A stretch of DNA of 64,000 bases from Peribolospora baueri (Eukaryota). Below the pieces are notes generated by a model, which was given only the letters and a program-made list of their open reading frames with translations, was not told the origin of the DNA and ran no database searches. Shown piece after piece: positions 12,501-24,284 of the stretch. Where the stretch lies: positions 62,001 through 126,000 of the forward strand of contig JAMDHS010000008.1 in NCBI GenBank assembly GCA_029717555.1. The letters run 5' to 3'. The position numbers and the translations under genes are program-made. Position 1 is the stretch's first letter. Each line of letters begins with the position of its first letter.

Positions 12501-13153
12501 CTTCTGCTGAATACGTCGCACGACCGCGAGACGGCTGGTATGACGGCCGTCGACTGCGTGCAGTGAGTGGTGCTGGGTTCGACCTCTTCGCACACCGATC
12601 ACTTTCGACTTGCCGCATCCTGCCTCTCGGTCTTCTCACTCCGTTCCACTCCGCCTCTTCCCATCCCGTCGCTCATTCTTTTCTCCCAAAAGCGCCATCA
12701 TCGGCGCGCTCAACTGGCATTCGGTCCGTCAGAAATACAGCCCCTCCGAGCTGCTCACCCACGTGGTCTACTTTGAAGAGGGAGAGGTCAAGGTGGACAC
12801 TGAGCCATTGCGGGTGAGTCGCACGTTTCGCGTGTTCTCCGCTAGAGCTCGCGCCTTTTTCTTATTTTTCACGCCCGTAATGCCCTCCTTGCCTGGACCG
12901 ACGTACTTATTCCTTCCTGTCCTCTTGTGTCTATTACTGCTGTCCTCCGTCCGTCGCGACTCGGAAGGCGATGGGCATCCGCTGCGTCAAAGCTCGGCCG
13001 TCGCGAGCGGCGCTCGAAACGCAGGAGAGGGAGCTGAACAAGGTGGAGCCTGCGGGGCAGGAAGGAGAGGGACAGCGGAAAAAAGTCAAGCCGCCGATGT
13101 TCGACGAGGAGACGTTGCGGGAGGCCCTCGAGAGGGTAGTCGAGGTGTGGTGA
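9556..13153 (+). CDS. UPF0052 / CofD-YvcK-like domain protein (yeast YNL011C-like), many exons
   Basis: VVISGGSGFNEL, spliced SDNGGSSS|EIIRVLG|GPSLGDLRSRLVRL, FNFRGGSIGNFFL, GQCEISHP, IYSC|GSLYTS|IIPCLSLRGVARAIA, LLNTSHDRETAGMTA. Start codon uncertain because of a long S/P-rich N-terminus. Confidence 0.85.
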
Positions 13154-13332
13154 TGTGGTTGATTGTCACGTGATGTAATTAGTGGCCACGTGACCGTCTG
13201 TCTTTACTTCTTCACCGCCACCGTCGCCTGCTGGCGTCGCCGAGTCGGTCTCACCGCCTCGTCATCGTCGTCCACCATCATCCATCCTTGACGCCATCGT
13301 CCATCCACTCGTCCGACAGACGATCCTCTTTC

Positions 13333-13335
<3 letters not shown>

Positions 13336-13366
<31 letters not shown>

Positions 13367-13480
13367 TTCTCCTCTCTGTCTCCCTCTCTCCTCTCCTCTC
13401 TCTCCTCTCTCTTCTCCGTTCTCTCCCCCTCTTCCGACCGCCGCCTCTTCGTCTTTCTCAGAGTTCTCTCTCTCCTCCCT
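13336..13480. repeat. (CT)n microsatellite and degenerate CT-rich tract upstream of PUB1
   Basis: Perfect CT run at about 13336-13363, followed by an imperfect C/T-only tract. Confidence 0.9.
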
Positions 13481-13727
13481 TCTCTCTTGGGTCGTTTGCA
13501 TCACTGGGTGAGTCAATGTCGATATGCGCACAACACCCTTCCGCCACCCCCGCCTGGGTTTCCTTTTGCTCACTCCACCCCTCTCCGCCCCTATGCAGGT
13601 TCTCCTTTGGGTTCGATCGCAGACTCTTGACGACCCACCCACTCCCACGAACTCCCTTTTCCTCCCGCAATAAAATCACCGGTCCAAACGGCCTTCCCTG
13701 TCCACCGTTCTCTCTTCAGCTTTTGCC

Positions 13728-15131
13728 ATGCAAGCTTCCACCGCCCCCACTCAGCAGGCCCCGCCCACCGGTGTCGCTTCGCCCGTCGGCCAGGTTGCTC
13801 AGCAGCCTGCGCAGCCCGTGCAGGCGGCCCAGCAGCAGCAGCAGCAGCAGCCCGGCGCTCCTGCTCCCGCTCCCGCTGAGGCTCCCCGCCGTGCCCACCT
13901 TTACGTCGGCAACCTGAGCCCTCGCGTAACCGAGTACATGCTCACCGAGATCTTCGCCGTCGCCGGGCCCGTCCAGTCGGTCAAGATCATCCCCGACCGC
14001 AACTACCAGCACGGTGGGCTGAACTACGGCTTTGTCGAATACGTCGAAATGCGTGCCGCTGAGACGGCGCTGCAGACGCTCAACGGCCGCAAAATCTTCG
14101 ACACCGAGATCCGCGTCAACTGGGCGTACCAGAACACTCAAAAGGAGGACATCACCACCCACCTCCACGTCTTCGTCGGAGATCTCAGCCCTGAGGTGAA
14201 CGACGAGGCGCTCCACAAGGCGTTCTCCGCCTTCGGCAGCCTCTCCGACGCGCGTGTCATGTGGGACATGAACAGCGGCAAGTCGCGCGGGTACGGTTTC
14301 CTTGCCTTCCGTGACAAGGCCGACGCCGAGCAGGCCATTGCGACCATGAATGGCGAGTGGCTCGGCTCGCGCGCCATCCGCGTCAACTGGGCCAACCAGA
14401 AGACCCAGGGCGCTCGCGCTGCGGCTGGCGGCATGGGAAGTTACGGCGGCGGAGGACCGATGAGCTACGAGGCCGTGTTGCAGCAGACACCGCCGTTCAA
14501 CACGACCGTTTACGTTGGCAACCTGATCCCCTACACCACCCAAGCCGACCTCATCCCGCTCTTCCAGGGGTACGGCTATATCGTCGAGATCCGCATGCAG
14601 GCCGACCGCGGTTTCGCCTTTGTCAAGCTGGACAGCCATGAGAACGCGGCGATGGCCATCGTACAGCTCAGCGGCCACCTCGTCCACGGCAGGCCAGTCA
14701 GGTGCTCGTGGGGCAAGGACAGGCAGCAGGGCGGTATGGACCACTCTCACGCCGCCGCGGCCGCGATGCATCAGGGAGCGCCCCAAGGCCCGTACGGCAA
14801 CATGGCAGCGATGTATGGCATGCCCAATGCATATGCCTACGGAGGCTTCCAGGGTGGCTATGGAGGCTTCCCTCAAGCTGCCCAGGCCCAGGCCCAGCCT
14901 GGTGCGCCTGGAGCGCCCGGCATGGGTGTCGGTGTGGGTGTGGGCCCTCAGCCTGGCGATGCGACCGCCGCCGCCGCCGGCATGCCCGGTGCGGCTGCGG
15001 CGGGTCACCAGCCCGGAACGACGGCCGCGGACCCGAGTCAGTACTACGGTTATCAGGGACAGTACGGCGGTTACTCGCAGGCCGCTTACGGCCAGCCTGG
15101 CCAAGCTTCGAACGGCCAGGCGCCTCAGTAG
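13728..15131 (+). CDS. PUB1: PUB1/TIA-1-like poly(U)-binding protein with three RRMs, intronless
   Basis: RNP motifs LYVGNL/YGFVEY, VFVGDL/RGYGFLAF, VYVGNL/RGFAFVKL; GEWLGSRAIRVNWANQK; Q/G/Y-rich prion-like tail; strong C/G third-position bias. Confidence 0.95.
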   Translation: MQASTAPTQQAPPTGVASPVGQVAQQPAQPVQAAQQQQQQQPGAPAPAPAEAPRRAHLYVGNLSPRVTEYMLTEIFAVAGPVQSVKIIPDRNYQHGGLNYGFVEYVEMRAAETALQTLNGRKIFDTEIRVNWAYQNTQKEDITTHLHVFVGDLSPEVNDEALHKAFSAFGSLSDARVMWDMNSGKSRGYGFLAFRDKADAEQAIATMNGEWLGSRAIRVNWANQKTQGARAAAGGMGSYGGGGPMSYEAVLQQTPPFNTTVYVGNLIPYTTQADLIPLFQGYGYIVEIRMQADRGFAFVKLDSHENAAMAIVQLSGHLVHGRPVRCSWGKDRQQGGMDHSHAAAAAMHQGAPQGPYGNMAAMYGMPNAYAYGGFQGGYGGFPQAAQAQAQPGAPGAPGMGVGVGVGPQPGDATAAAAGMPGAAAAGHQPGTTAADPSQYYGYQGQYGGYSQAAYGQPGQASNGQAPQ

Positions 15132-16632
15132 GCTGTCGATGCCGAGCTAGGCAAGGACGGCGATGAGGATGATCGATGACTGGGGAGTCGTCTGACTCTT
15201 CCATATCTGCAGAGCATAGTACGCCTTTCGCCTCCGCTATTCATATCTCCACGCACCCGCACCCCGTCTTCTTTTTTCGGCCTTTCTCCCTCCGTCCTCC
15301 GTCTTTCATTCTTCCTCGTCTCGGTTGCTACACGCACGCGCAGCTTCGCATCCTATCTACCTCCCTTCTCCTTTTTTTCTCCATCCCCCCTTTGCCTTCT
15401 TCTCCCTGCCCCGTCCTTTGTCATATTTGTTCCTCTTTTCGTTCATCCCCTTCTTCGCCTCCATCCGTACCTACTTATTCCCTCCCCGATCCGATCCTCT
15501 TCCTTTCATGCACCGTATTTTCCCCTTTTTTCCCCTACCATCGTGTGCATCCCTTCCCCTTTATTCTGTCTCTGTCTTCCTTCATCCCACCTCTCGACCC
15601 CTTCCCCAATTCTTGCCGTTTTGTTCTTTCGTTCCCCCTCTCTCACATAAACTCGTTCTCGTTCCGCCTATCAAATCATCGTCCCTTCGAACCCCCCCCC
15701 CCCCCACCCAACCCAGCCTCTCGACGCAATACGAATGAACGAATGAAACTCACCCCTCCCTTATCCCTTTCATATGAGCTGGTTTGGGTGCTGTTTGAGA
15801 TCAGCTATCCAACCGTACTTATATATCACATGCGCATGCGATTTTGAGGGTGTGCTATGGAGGCCGTGAGAGTGTGGGGAGCGGCGAGATGGACGTGCCC
15901 TCATCGCTGCGGCAGTGGCTGCGGCATGCTGCGGTAGCCGCCCCGACAATGAACGGACTCCCGAAGACAATTTTCGTGCCCACCGTGGGCCATTCCGCTC
16001 GGGCTTTCCGGCGTCGACGGCGTACAATTGCGCACCGAACTTGGCGTTGTCTTGCGTTCCACCGCTCCCGTTCGAGCTCGTCCAGTCCTTTTGTTCTTTT
16101 TTATCTTGCCTTACTTGTCACGCTCTCCGGCGATCCTGGCTGGAGCATTCCGAGAAACGCGCGTCGTTTGTCGCTCTCGCTATTCACGCTGTCCCGACGA
16201 GTTACGCTGGCGATGTCGTTTGTTCCCAGGCGGTTCTCCTCGCTCGTTCGATGGAGCGGCGTGGAGGACGAAGGACGGGGCGTCGTCGTCGTCGTCGGCT
16301 ACGGTTGCTCCCGATGGCACAGCTGAAAGAACAAAGGCAAACCTGTGTAGCCGATGTCGTTGAAACTCCTTCCAGCCGCGGCTCACTTTTTTCACCGCCG
16401 TCAGCCGTCCTCCTTTACCAGCTTTCAAGCGGTGCCCGCCCAACCGCTTGGTTGTGGTGGTATATATCGCCCGACTCGACCGGCCGAGTCCCTTTCCTTT
16501 CTCCCCACGTCAAGCCGCCGTGGTTGTGTCCCACTCCAGTCGCGCTTATTCACCATGTCTGTTCTCTCCGAAACCGTCAAGACGGCAAGTCGCATCTTTA
16601 CAATTCGACCGGCCCACCAACGCCTGTCGATA

Positions 16633-17054
16633 ATGGCTGGCCTTTGTTTCTTTTTTCGTGCTTTTCCCCAGTGCTGTTCCTGCTCCGCTCCACCCCCACC
16701 CTCACCCCCGGGCGAGAAGGATCAACCGGCTGGCCAAGGCGTCCTCCCATCCGCCGTCTTTGCCTTTACAGACTCGGACGATTCGGCCGCCCACACGACT
16801 GTTCCTCTGAGTCCCTGTGCCGAGAGCCAGGCCTACGAGTCCGACTCGAGCCAAGGCGAGGCCGGCAGCCACAGCTGCGGTAATACCACTTGCAAGTGTG
16901 AGCACTCGGGTCGGCCGGCCATGAAAGCGAGTGAACTGCCTTCGCTGACTCACTCACGAGCGCCGGTTCCCCCGTTTTCTGCCTTCTGACGTGACCAGGC
17001 TACAAGAACGCCGAGAGATGGTGTCCGTGTCCAACGCCTTGTTTGTGCTGGTGA
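16633..17054 (+). CDS. Putative small Cys-rich (metallothionein-like) protein, two exons (16633-16897 and 16999-17054); alternative in-frame ATG at 16555
   Basis: Intron 16898-16998 has a GTGAGC donor, CTGAC branch candidates and a CAG acceptor. Splicing yields ...HSCGNTTCKCYKNAERWCPCPTPCLCW*. TATATAT lies at 16461-16467. Confidence 0.6.
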
Positions 17055-18083
17055 AGGGCGTTGATTAGATGTATCGGTCGACGCGGGAAGACGTTCGTCG
17101 GTCGAGGATGTGATGATCGCATCGCGTTCCTGCCTGCCCTCGGCAAAGAAAACGTTCAACAATTGACTTATTACACGTCCCCCCATCTCATCGGCGATCG
17201 ATCGACGTCGTTTTGAGCGCGAGAGCTCTTGCGTTGGTAGTCGCAGGTCACGTCTTGCACCGAATGGCATGCGGAGTTGGGAAGTCGCTTTGGTGGGGTC
17301 ATCATCGTACTACTTATTGTACGAGATGACATGCCAGCGTGGGCCAGGCGGTGCGAAGCGGCCCGCGGACAGATCCGGCCTCTTGCTTCCAGGAGGCCCC
17401 TCTTTTTTGATGACCTGACGATGAACGAAGCGGGCATCGGGTTAACACGATCAACGAACAGAACACGGAACCCGATCCATCATCCAGCAAATCGCTCCGC
17501 TCAGTCCACCATGCTAGACACCGTTCACTTCCTCCCTCCAATGACGTTTGGACTTGGCGATCCTAGAAACAGAACAGATGGCAATGTCTTACGGACCATA
17601 GTTCTCTTCAGTCATTCGGTTTATGCAGCTTGGAGCCATCGTCCCTCTCCCATCTGCTGGCGGCGGCTACGGGGCCTCACTTCTCCAAGGTGAAATGCCA
17701 GCAGCCACCGACAGACAGGCGTCTGCGGACACTCCAACCCCATCCCTGAACACAGCAAGTGCCTGGATGTTGAGCTGAGAGGAGTCCTGAACGGACGCCT
17801 AAAGTGCCTGGGCATGTTGCGGTCCCATATCGTTGTTGCAGTGTCTGGAAAAGAAAGGGTCCGGCCTCGTTTGAGAAAAAAGAAAAAGAGAAAGAAAAAG
17901 AAAAAGAGAAACGGGGGGCAAGTGAGATGAGTAGGACTGTTCGACCCCCGATCCATCGAGTCGTGGGTAGCGAGGAATTGGCTCAACACTGTTCGATTCG
18001 GTGCAAGGCGAGCGCGTAGGCCGGAAGGTATCGTACATGCCCACACCAGAAGTACGAGAGCTCGCTTCTCGCCCAGAGCCCCA

Positions 18084-20800
18084 TCACCGCCGTCCGTCCT
18101 CCTCCCCCTCCGGCGGCTCCGTCCGTTCCGCGCCTATTCGCGCCTCCACCAGCTCCGCCGCCGGCAGCGCCGAAGAGATCGCGGGATCGGCTCGCTCCGG
18201 CGGGAGCGCCTTCTTGGAGACGCTCGGACTCGTTGACGGACTCTGCGCGGCCGACTTTGTCCCCTCGCCGGTGCCGGTCCTGGCCCGCCGTTGTCGCGCA
18301 GCGGCGGCAGAGGTCGCTCGGCCATCCTCATCTACGTGCTTGATCCATGCGCCGATGGCGCCGAGGTAACCCTGAATGCGGGTAAGGAAGTGGAGTCAAC
18401 GTCGAGTCCAGACGTACAAGTTTACTTCAATTGACGAGAGAGCTCTCGCTTCGACAGACGCCGACGCGCAACACGCGCTCACCTCGTGTCTCAAGAAATA
18501 AGCTCGTTTTGTGCCCTTGCTCCAGAAGCGGATCGCATAAGAAAGCGTGGAGATGGTGGCCGCGTGCCCTGTGTTGGGGTGAATGCGAGGTGCGTCGAAA
18601 AGGAGCGGACGATGAGGTGAAATGATCGACGGGCAAAGCTGAGGAGCACGGACAGGGCAGAGATAGCGGCGGCGACTCACCTCGGATGAAGCAGCCGCCG
18701 AAGTAGATGCGGTCGAGGTTGTGCTTCTCAGCGTTCATGTACCTGTGATCGAACGCGTAGCAAAAGGGAGGGCAGGAAATCTCACCGATGCGTCAGTGAT
18801 CCGAAAATCCGAAGACCGCGCTCATCAGGAGAAGGACGTTGGGGCGAACGAACGGAGGAGGGAGACGCACGCGATCTGACCAATGTTGTTGCTCACGGCG
18901 TACAACAAGCTTTTACTGATGTCCTCGGGCCTAAACCTCGTCTTTCTCTCCCTCTGCCTACCCTCCTCATCCACCGCCGCCGCTCCTCCCTGTCCAACAG
19001 CCTCGCCAACTCCCTCAGCTCCGGCGCCCTTGACGGGCCCCTTTTTGAACACCTTCCCGAACGACGAGGCGATGGTCGTGGGCTTGAGTCCGATATTGTT
19101 GTACCCGTCCGAACCGTAGATATCGCCCACGAGCATGTCCACCGTCGAGTTGTCTCCTTTTTCCGAGAGCGCGAGCATTTCTGCTCACAGGAGAGCGGAG
19201 CGGACCGATTGGACCGGGGGAGCGTATGCGTGGTGAGCGAAACTCGAAGGCGTGCGAGGAGGCAGGAAGGAAGGCGATTGCGAAAGAGAAAGGCAAAGAG
19301 AGAGAGATGCGACCCTGCTCACCATCAAAGCTCTGGGCGTCCGTCAACAAGCTCAACAAGCCCCATAACGTAGCCCCGCCCAAGCTGGTGCCAGAGATGC
19401 GCTCGAACTTGCCATAGTCGTCCACCTTGATGATGCTCACTCCGCTGCCGATGTTGACGAGCAGGCAAGGCAGCTTAGGCTTCGGGTGTGCGTCAAACAT
19501 AGGGAGGTACATGGGCGGATTAGGCGACGGGCGCTCGAGCGGTTCGTTGGCCGTGGCGGGGGGTTTCAGAGCGGACGAGGAGGTGGGCTGAGAGTAAGGA
19601 TGGGAATGAGGATGGGTAATCTGGGAAACGAGCTCGTCGGAGAACCAGAAGACCTCGTTGGGGATGAGGGTGATAAAGTTCAAGCCGGTGATCAAGCAGC
19701 CCATCTCGTCCTCCCTCCTGACCTCAACGGCCAACTCGTCCCTTAAAAGCCCGTCGAACTTGTGCGCGCCTCCGCCGGTGGCCATGATCTTGACTGCCGA
19801 GCGCATCGCCTCGAGCGAGCACCCGTTGGCGGCGGCGGAGGATTCGAGGAGGGTCTTGATGAACGAGATGAGCGAGGAGATGTCGGACGTTTCGAACTTT
19901 ACAAAGTTGAGTCGGCCGCCAGGAAGGGCGGATGGGAGAGAGCGTCGGCGCATGAGGGTGGAGCGTATTCGTCTGGCGAGGGAGCGCCCACTGGGCGCTC
20001 CTGACGCGTCTCCCGCATCGGACGGAGTTGCACTCGGACCACCGGTCGTCGGCGTCGGCGCATCCGCCGTTGCCGAGGTCGCTTCGGCCGCTTTCTTGAG
20101 CGCTTCGGAAGCGGGCGTGGACGTGTCCGCCGCTGTGGCCGCGGCGGTGAGATTGGCGGAGCCGTGGGCAGTAGGGACCTCCGCTTCCTTCGCAAGCGCA
20201 ACTCGCTGCGACGGAGGCACAGACGGAGGGGAGAGAATGGCGGTCGGAGTGAGGGCGCCAGTGGGGAGGGTGACGCCGTTAGGATGGGAGGAGGCAGGAT
20301 GCCGTGAAGAAGAGGCGCGCGAGGGGGAAGAGGTCCCGCTCCCGCTCTCTGCGGAAGGCGAAAGTCGTCCGGGCCCAGCCGATGAGCCAGCCCCCGCTCC
20401 GTCGTCATCCGTCACATTGGCGCCGCTGAGCCGGAGAGAAGAGGTGTGCGTGGAAGAGAGCTGCTCTGCGGGGTCATCCTCCGCGTCCTCGTCTTCTAAA
20501 CCGGACAGGTCGTCTGGCGGAGAGGGTGAACGCCAGCGAGTGAAGTAGACGACTTTGGCGAGCGAGCCACCGATCTGCGAGAAGGGTAAAATGGCGGCCT
20601 CTGTCCATCCTTCAGTCCACTGTCTCGCACGAGACAGCACAGAGATTGGAGGCGGTGGCCCCTCTGTCACTCACGTCGATGGCGATGTGGGAAACGGACT
20701 CGGTGTGGTTGGGCAGATAAATGTCCCGGCTATCCCTGTTCTCCGGATCCGACCTCTCGTCTTCCACAATCTCTGCTCCTCTGGAAGGCGTTCGGGTCAT
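18084..20800 (-). CDS. CAB1: Type II pantothenate kinase (fumble family), multi-exon
   Basis: IYLPNHTESVSHIAID|IGGSLAKVVYF, MATGGGAHKF, EDEMGCLITGLNF, LLVNIGSGVSIIKV, GTSLGGATLWGL, VDMLVGDIYG, SNNIGQIA, YFGGCFIRGH, FLRHE|GYLGAIGA. Confidence 0.96.
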
Positions 20801-21528
20801 TACATGGGCGAGAGCACGGGCGAGGGAGGGAAGGAGCGCCGTGAGCGGGCCGAGCCAAGGCGAAGAAGGGAGGCCTGCAGTGGGTTTGATGACGGGCCGC
20901 AGAGCACGCAAGCAGCCTGCCTCTCTCGCTTGCTTTCTACTCACCTGGTGTCAACGAAAATCTGGCTGGCCGCTGGGGTGGTCATTGCGCGATCGGGCGA
21001 CGAGGCGGGGAGAAGGAACGCTGGAGAAGGACGGGTATATATGGTGGCTTTGTCCGGGCGCCCGCTCACTCGCCCGTTTGCCGCTCGCTGGCCGCCTGCG
21101 CTGCGCGCGTGCTTGCTTGCTCGACCTTGGGTGGTACCGCCAGACCTTGGACGGTGTTTGATGGACGATGTGGTGCACCGGGTCGGCTGGAGTCGGGTCG
21201 CCCGTCGTCTGTCGTTCGTGCGACCCGGTCGGTCGATCGTTCGGTGTCGCTCGTTCCGCCCTCGGTCAATCCATCAGCCGGGCCCGGCGCCGTGGGGAGT
21301 CGGGAGTCGGTGTTGGGCCCCGCGGAGGGGATGCAGTGGAGGAGATGAGATGGTAAGCTGGCAAGCTGGTCGAAGGAGAAGACGTCGTCGAGCTGACCCA
21401 CTCCACCCTCTTCCTTATCCTCCCATCTCTGCCGCTATCTCTTCTTCCCTTTCTCTACCCCTCTCGACGGACAAAGCCGGCCGAAGCCGGCCGACAAATA
21501 GTCCGGCGCTCAGGTGGTGGAGGAGGAG

Positions 21529-21573
21529 CACGTGATAGTCACGTGCTGCCCCAACACTCTCCGCAGTCACGTG
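21529..21573. promoter_or_regulatory. Three CACGTG E-boxes, two of them forming an inverted repeat, in the CAB1/UGO1 divergent promoter
   Basis: AGCACGTGA-TAG-TCACGTGCT with boxes at 21529 and 21540, plus GTCACGTG at 21566-21573. Confidence 0.6.
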
Positions 21574-21747
21574 CCGCCATACCGGCTCATCGCAATCCGC
21601 GTCTCCGTCTCCCGCTCGTCGCCTTCCGTCGGGGACCATCGCAGTCGCATTCAACGCCATCGTCCCTTCCTTGGGCAAGGCAAGGCGAGACAAGACAAGA
21701 CAAGAACGCAGACGTCTCTTTCGTCTTCCGTCGGCCCTCCCTCCGGC

Positions 21748-23664
21748 ATGGACGCACCTCGCTCACCCCCGCCCCCGCCGCCCACCTCCGGCTCCGGCTC
21801 TGCCCACCCTCTCCGTCCGTACTACACTCCCCCGCTCGACGACACCACCTTCATTCCTCCTCCCAGCTTCCCATCTTCCTCCGCCCGCCCCTCCTCGTCC
21901 AAAGTGTCTCCCTCGTCTCCGCCCAAGACATTCAACCGCTATTCTTCTCTCGGACAGGATGACGCTGCCATCGACGACGGCCTCGGCGGCTCTTCTACCA
22001 CCTTCCTTCTTCGCAGTCTCGTAGGCTCTGCGCTGCTCCAGTACACAAGTACCGCCCTCGCCATGCCCTTTGAGGTTGGCAAGTGCTTGTTGCAGGTCCA
22101 GTGGATTCCCAAGGAGGACGTGTGGACGAGAACCGTACAGGCCGCTTCCGCGAGCGCCGGCGTGGATGCCCCGTGGTATGACAGGGAGGACGCGGACGCG
22201 GAAGGCGGTCCTGGCAGGGATTTCGGCGGAGAGGACGACGAAGTGCGTTTTCTTTCTGCTCTGGATGCGCGTTTTTCCCTCTTGAATTTATAATACGCTC
22301 GCCCTTTGTCGCCGTCTCCGTTCACGCGCTCACCCTCTCCTCCCGTCCGCTTTGCTTATTCCGCGCACTGCAGCTCTCCGATGAAGCGGAGGCGGAAGCC
22401 TATTTCCAAGATTTAAAGTCTCGTCCCTCTCGTCCACCTACCACTCCGGCGCGGTCGGCTGCCACCTCCGGCGCCGGTCATGGGGAGGCCGCGCCTCTGC
22501 CCTCGGATGCGGTCGGGTACGTGGTTCGCTCGAGCGTGTTCGATGAGGAGGGTAGGCCTGAGCATGTGCTGCCGATCGTCGACGGCGGCGTGTGGGAGAT
22601 GATCAAAGCGGTCGCGAGGAGCAAGGAGGGCTGGCTCGGGCTCTGGAAGGGTGAGTCGTCTCCCACCTCGACTTGGTACCTACCGCTTTCGTTCATGCGT
22701 CGTGCGCTTCGCCCCCTTTTCCTTCCCATCAGGCACGTTCACTACGTTCCTCCTCGACACCGCAACCTCCACCCTCCAGCCCGTGGTGTCTACCTTCCTC
22801 TCCTTTTTCTATCCCGCTTCCCTCACTCCCTTCTCCACCCTGCCTCTGGTCTACAATCCTCGTCCACTGCCGACGCTCTGTCTCCTCCTGAGCTCGCACG
22901 TCGTTACGGGCGTGCTCCTGTCCCCGCTCGACCTCGTGCGCACCCGCCTGATTGTCCAGTCCAACCTCGGTCGTCATCGCAGCTACGCGGGACCGCTGGA
23001 CGCGCTGCGCAAGATCGTTCGCGAGGAAGGAGGATGGCGGACGACCTACCTCCACCCACACCTCTTCCTCCCCGCCCTTCTCGACAACTCCATCCGCCCG
23101 CTTCTCAGTCTCTCCACGCCCTTGCTCATCGAGCGCTGGCTCCACCTCAGCCCGCTCGAATCGCCCGTCACGTACGGCCTCGCCGAACTCGTCCTTTCCA
23201 CCGCCGCCCTGTTCATCGTGCTGCCCATCGAGACGGTTCGGAGGAGATTGCAGGTGCAGAGGCGCCCTCGTACCGGTCGCGGCATCGGCGACGGTCCGGC
23301 GGTGAGGAGTTGTGTCGAGGTCCGACCGGTCCCGTACGTCGGCATGGTCGACGCCGTTTGGAGAATCCTCACGGAGGAGACGTCCAAGAGACCGCCCGTC
23401 AGGTCCTCTCCGAAGGGCGGCGCCAAGAAAGGCAACTCCAAGTCCGCCAAGGGTGCAAAGTCCAAGGGCAAAGCGGAGGAGGGGGAGGAAGTGGAGGAGA
23501 CAGAGGAGAGGACGATTTCCAGGTCGCTGTTCGGAGGCGGACGGTTCAAGCAGCTTTACAGGGGCTTTGGCATGGGCTTTGGCGCCAATTTGGTCGTTTT
23601 CATTCTTGGTCTCGTTGGCGGCGAGAGGGCAGGACAGGTGGGCAACGGCTGGGCGGAGATGTAG
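21748..23664 (+). CDS. UGO1: Mitochondrial outer-membrane fusion protein Ugo1 (carrier-like), multi-exon
   Basis: HPLRPYY, ALAMPFEVGKCLLQVQW, EGWLGLWKG, LSPLDLVRTRLIVQ, LPIETVRRRLQVQ, LYRGFGM. Confidence 0.9.
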
Positions 23665-24284
23665 GGCCTTTGTTTGTATAGCACGGTTCAAGGGCGGTCG
23701 ATCGACTGGGACGAGCTAAGACGGCAGAGAGATTTGGCAAGCGGATAGACAGAGGAACGGCGCTGTTACTCGGCGCCGGGCCCCACGCCAGCCTCCTCGC
23801 CCGCATCTTGATCTGCAATCACTTCCACAGTCTATCTTCTTCTTACACTCTCTTTCGTTCTTCGCATTTCTATCGTTTCATCCCCTCTCTTTCGCCACCC
23901 TTCTATGTTGTCAGCTCCGCGACAGCAGATACGATGTAACGTGATGTGATGTGATGTGATGCGATCTTTCGACGCTTCCTTACGCTCCCCGATCCGTCTC
24001 TATCTGCGCCTTCTTCCCTCCCTCCTTTTTTTTTTCCTCCTTTCTTTTCTTCGCTCATTTCAGTACTGCCTCTTCCCATTCCGTTCCCCGCCCCTGACCT
24101 GACAGACAGTGTCGGATGGGTAAAAGATGCGATTTGCCCACTCACACGTATGGGGCCGACTCGGTCGAGTCCCGCGGGACTACTCGTTCGTGCGTCCCAC
24201 TTTTGCCTTGGGTCCATTTTCGTTCCAGTCCGGTTTCACGTCAGACTTGCAGTGGAGAGGGGAGAGAGCGGAGCGGTCCGAAGA

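Noticed and set aside
13288..13917. Leu/Ser-rich ORF upstream of PUB1, and Phe/Pro/Ser-rich ORF 15176-15847
   Set aside because: These are translations of CT-rich low-complexity UTR or promoter tracts.
13716..15104. 462-aa antisense ORF opposite PUB1
   Set aside because: It mirrors the sense gene; strong C/G third-position bias removes antisense stop codons, and it has no recognisable domain.
20555..21535. 326-aa ORF spanning the CAB1/UGO1 intergenic region
   Set aside because: It is R/P/A-rich with no domain or codon bias and overlaps CAB1 antisense; most likely GC-rich promoter/5' UTR sequence.
22729..23691. Long antisense or alternate-frame ORFs over UGO1 (similar ones over PEX13, PRP43 and CAB1)
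   Set aside because: These are shadow ORFs expected in GC-rich coding DNA.
23941..23960. (GTGAT)4 repeat, and the (AAAAAG)n run near 17875-17907
   Set aside because: Short simple repeats in 3' intergenic DNA, with no spacer structure (not CRISPR-like) and no sign of function.
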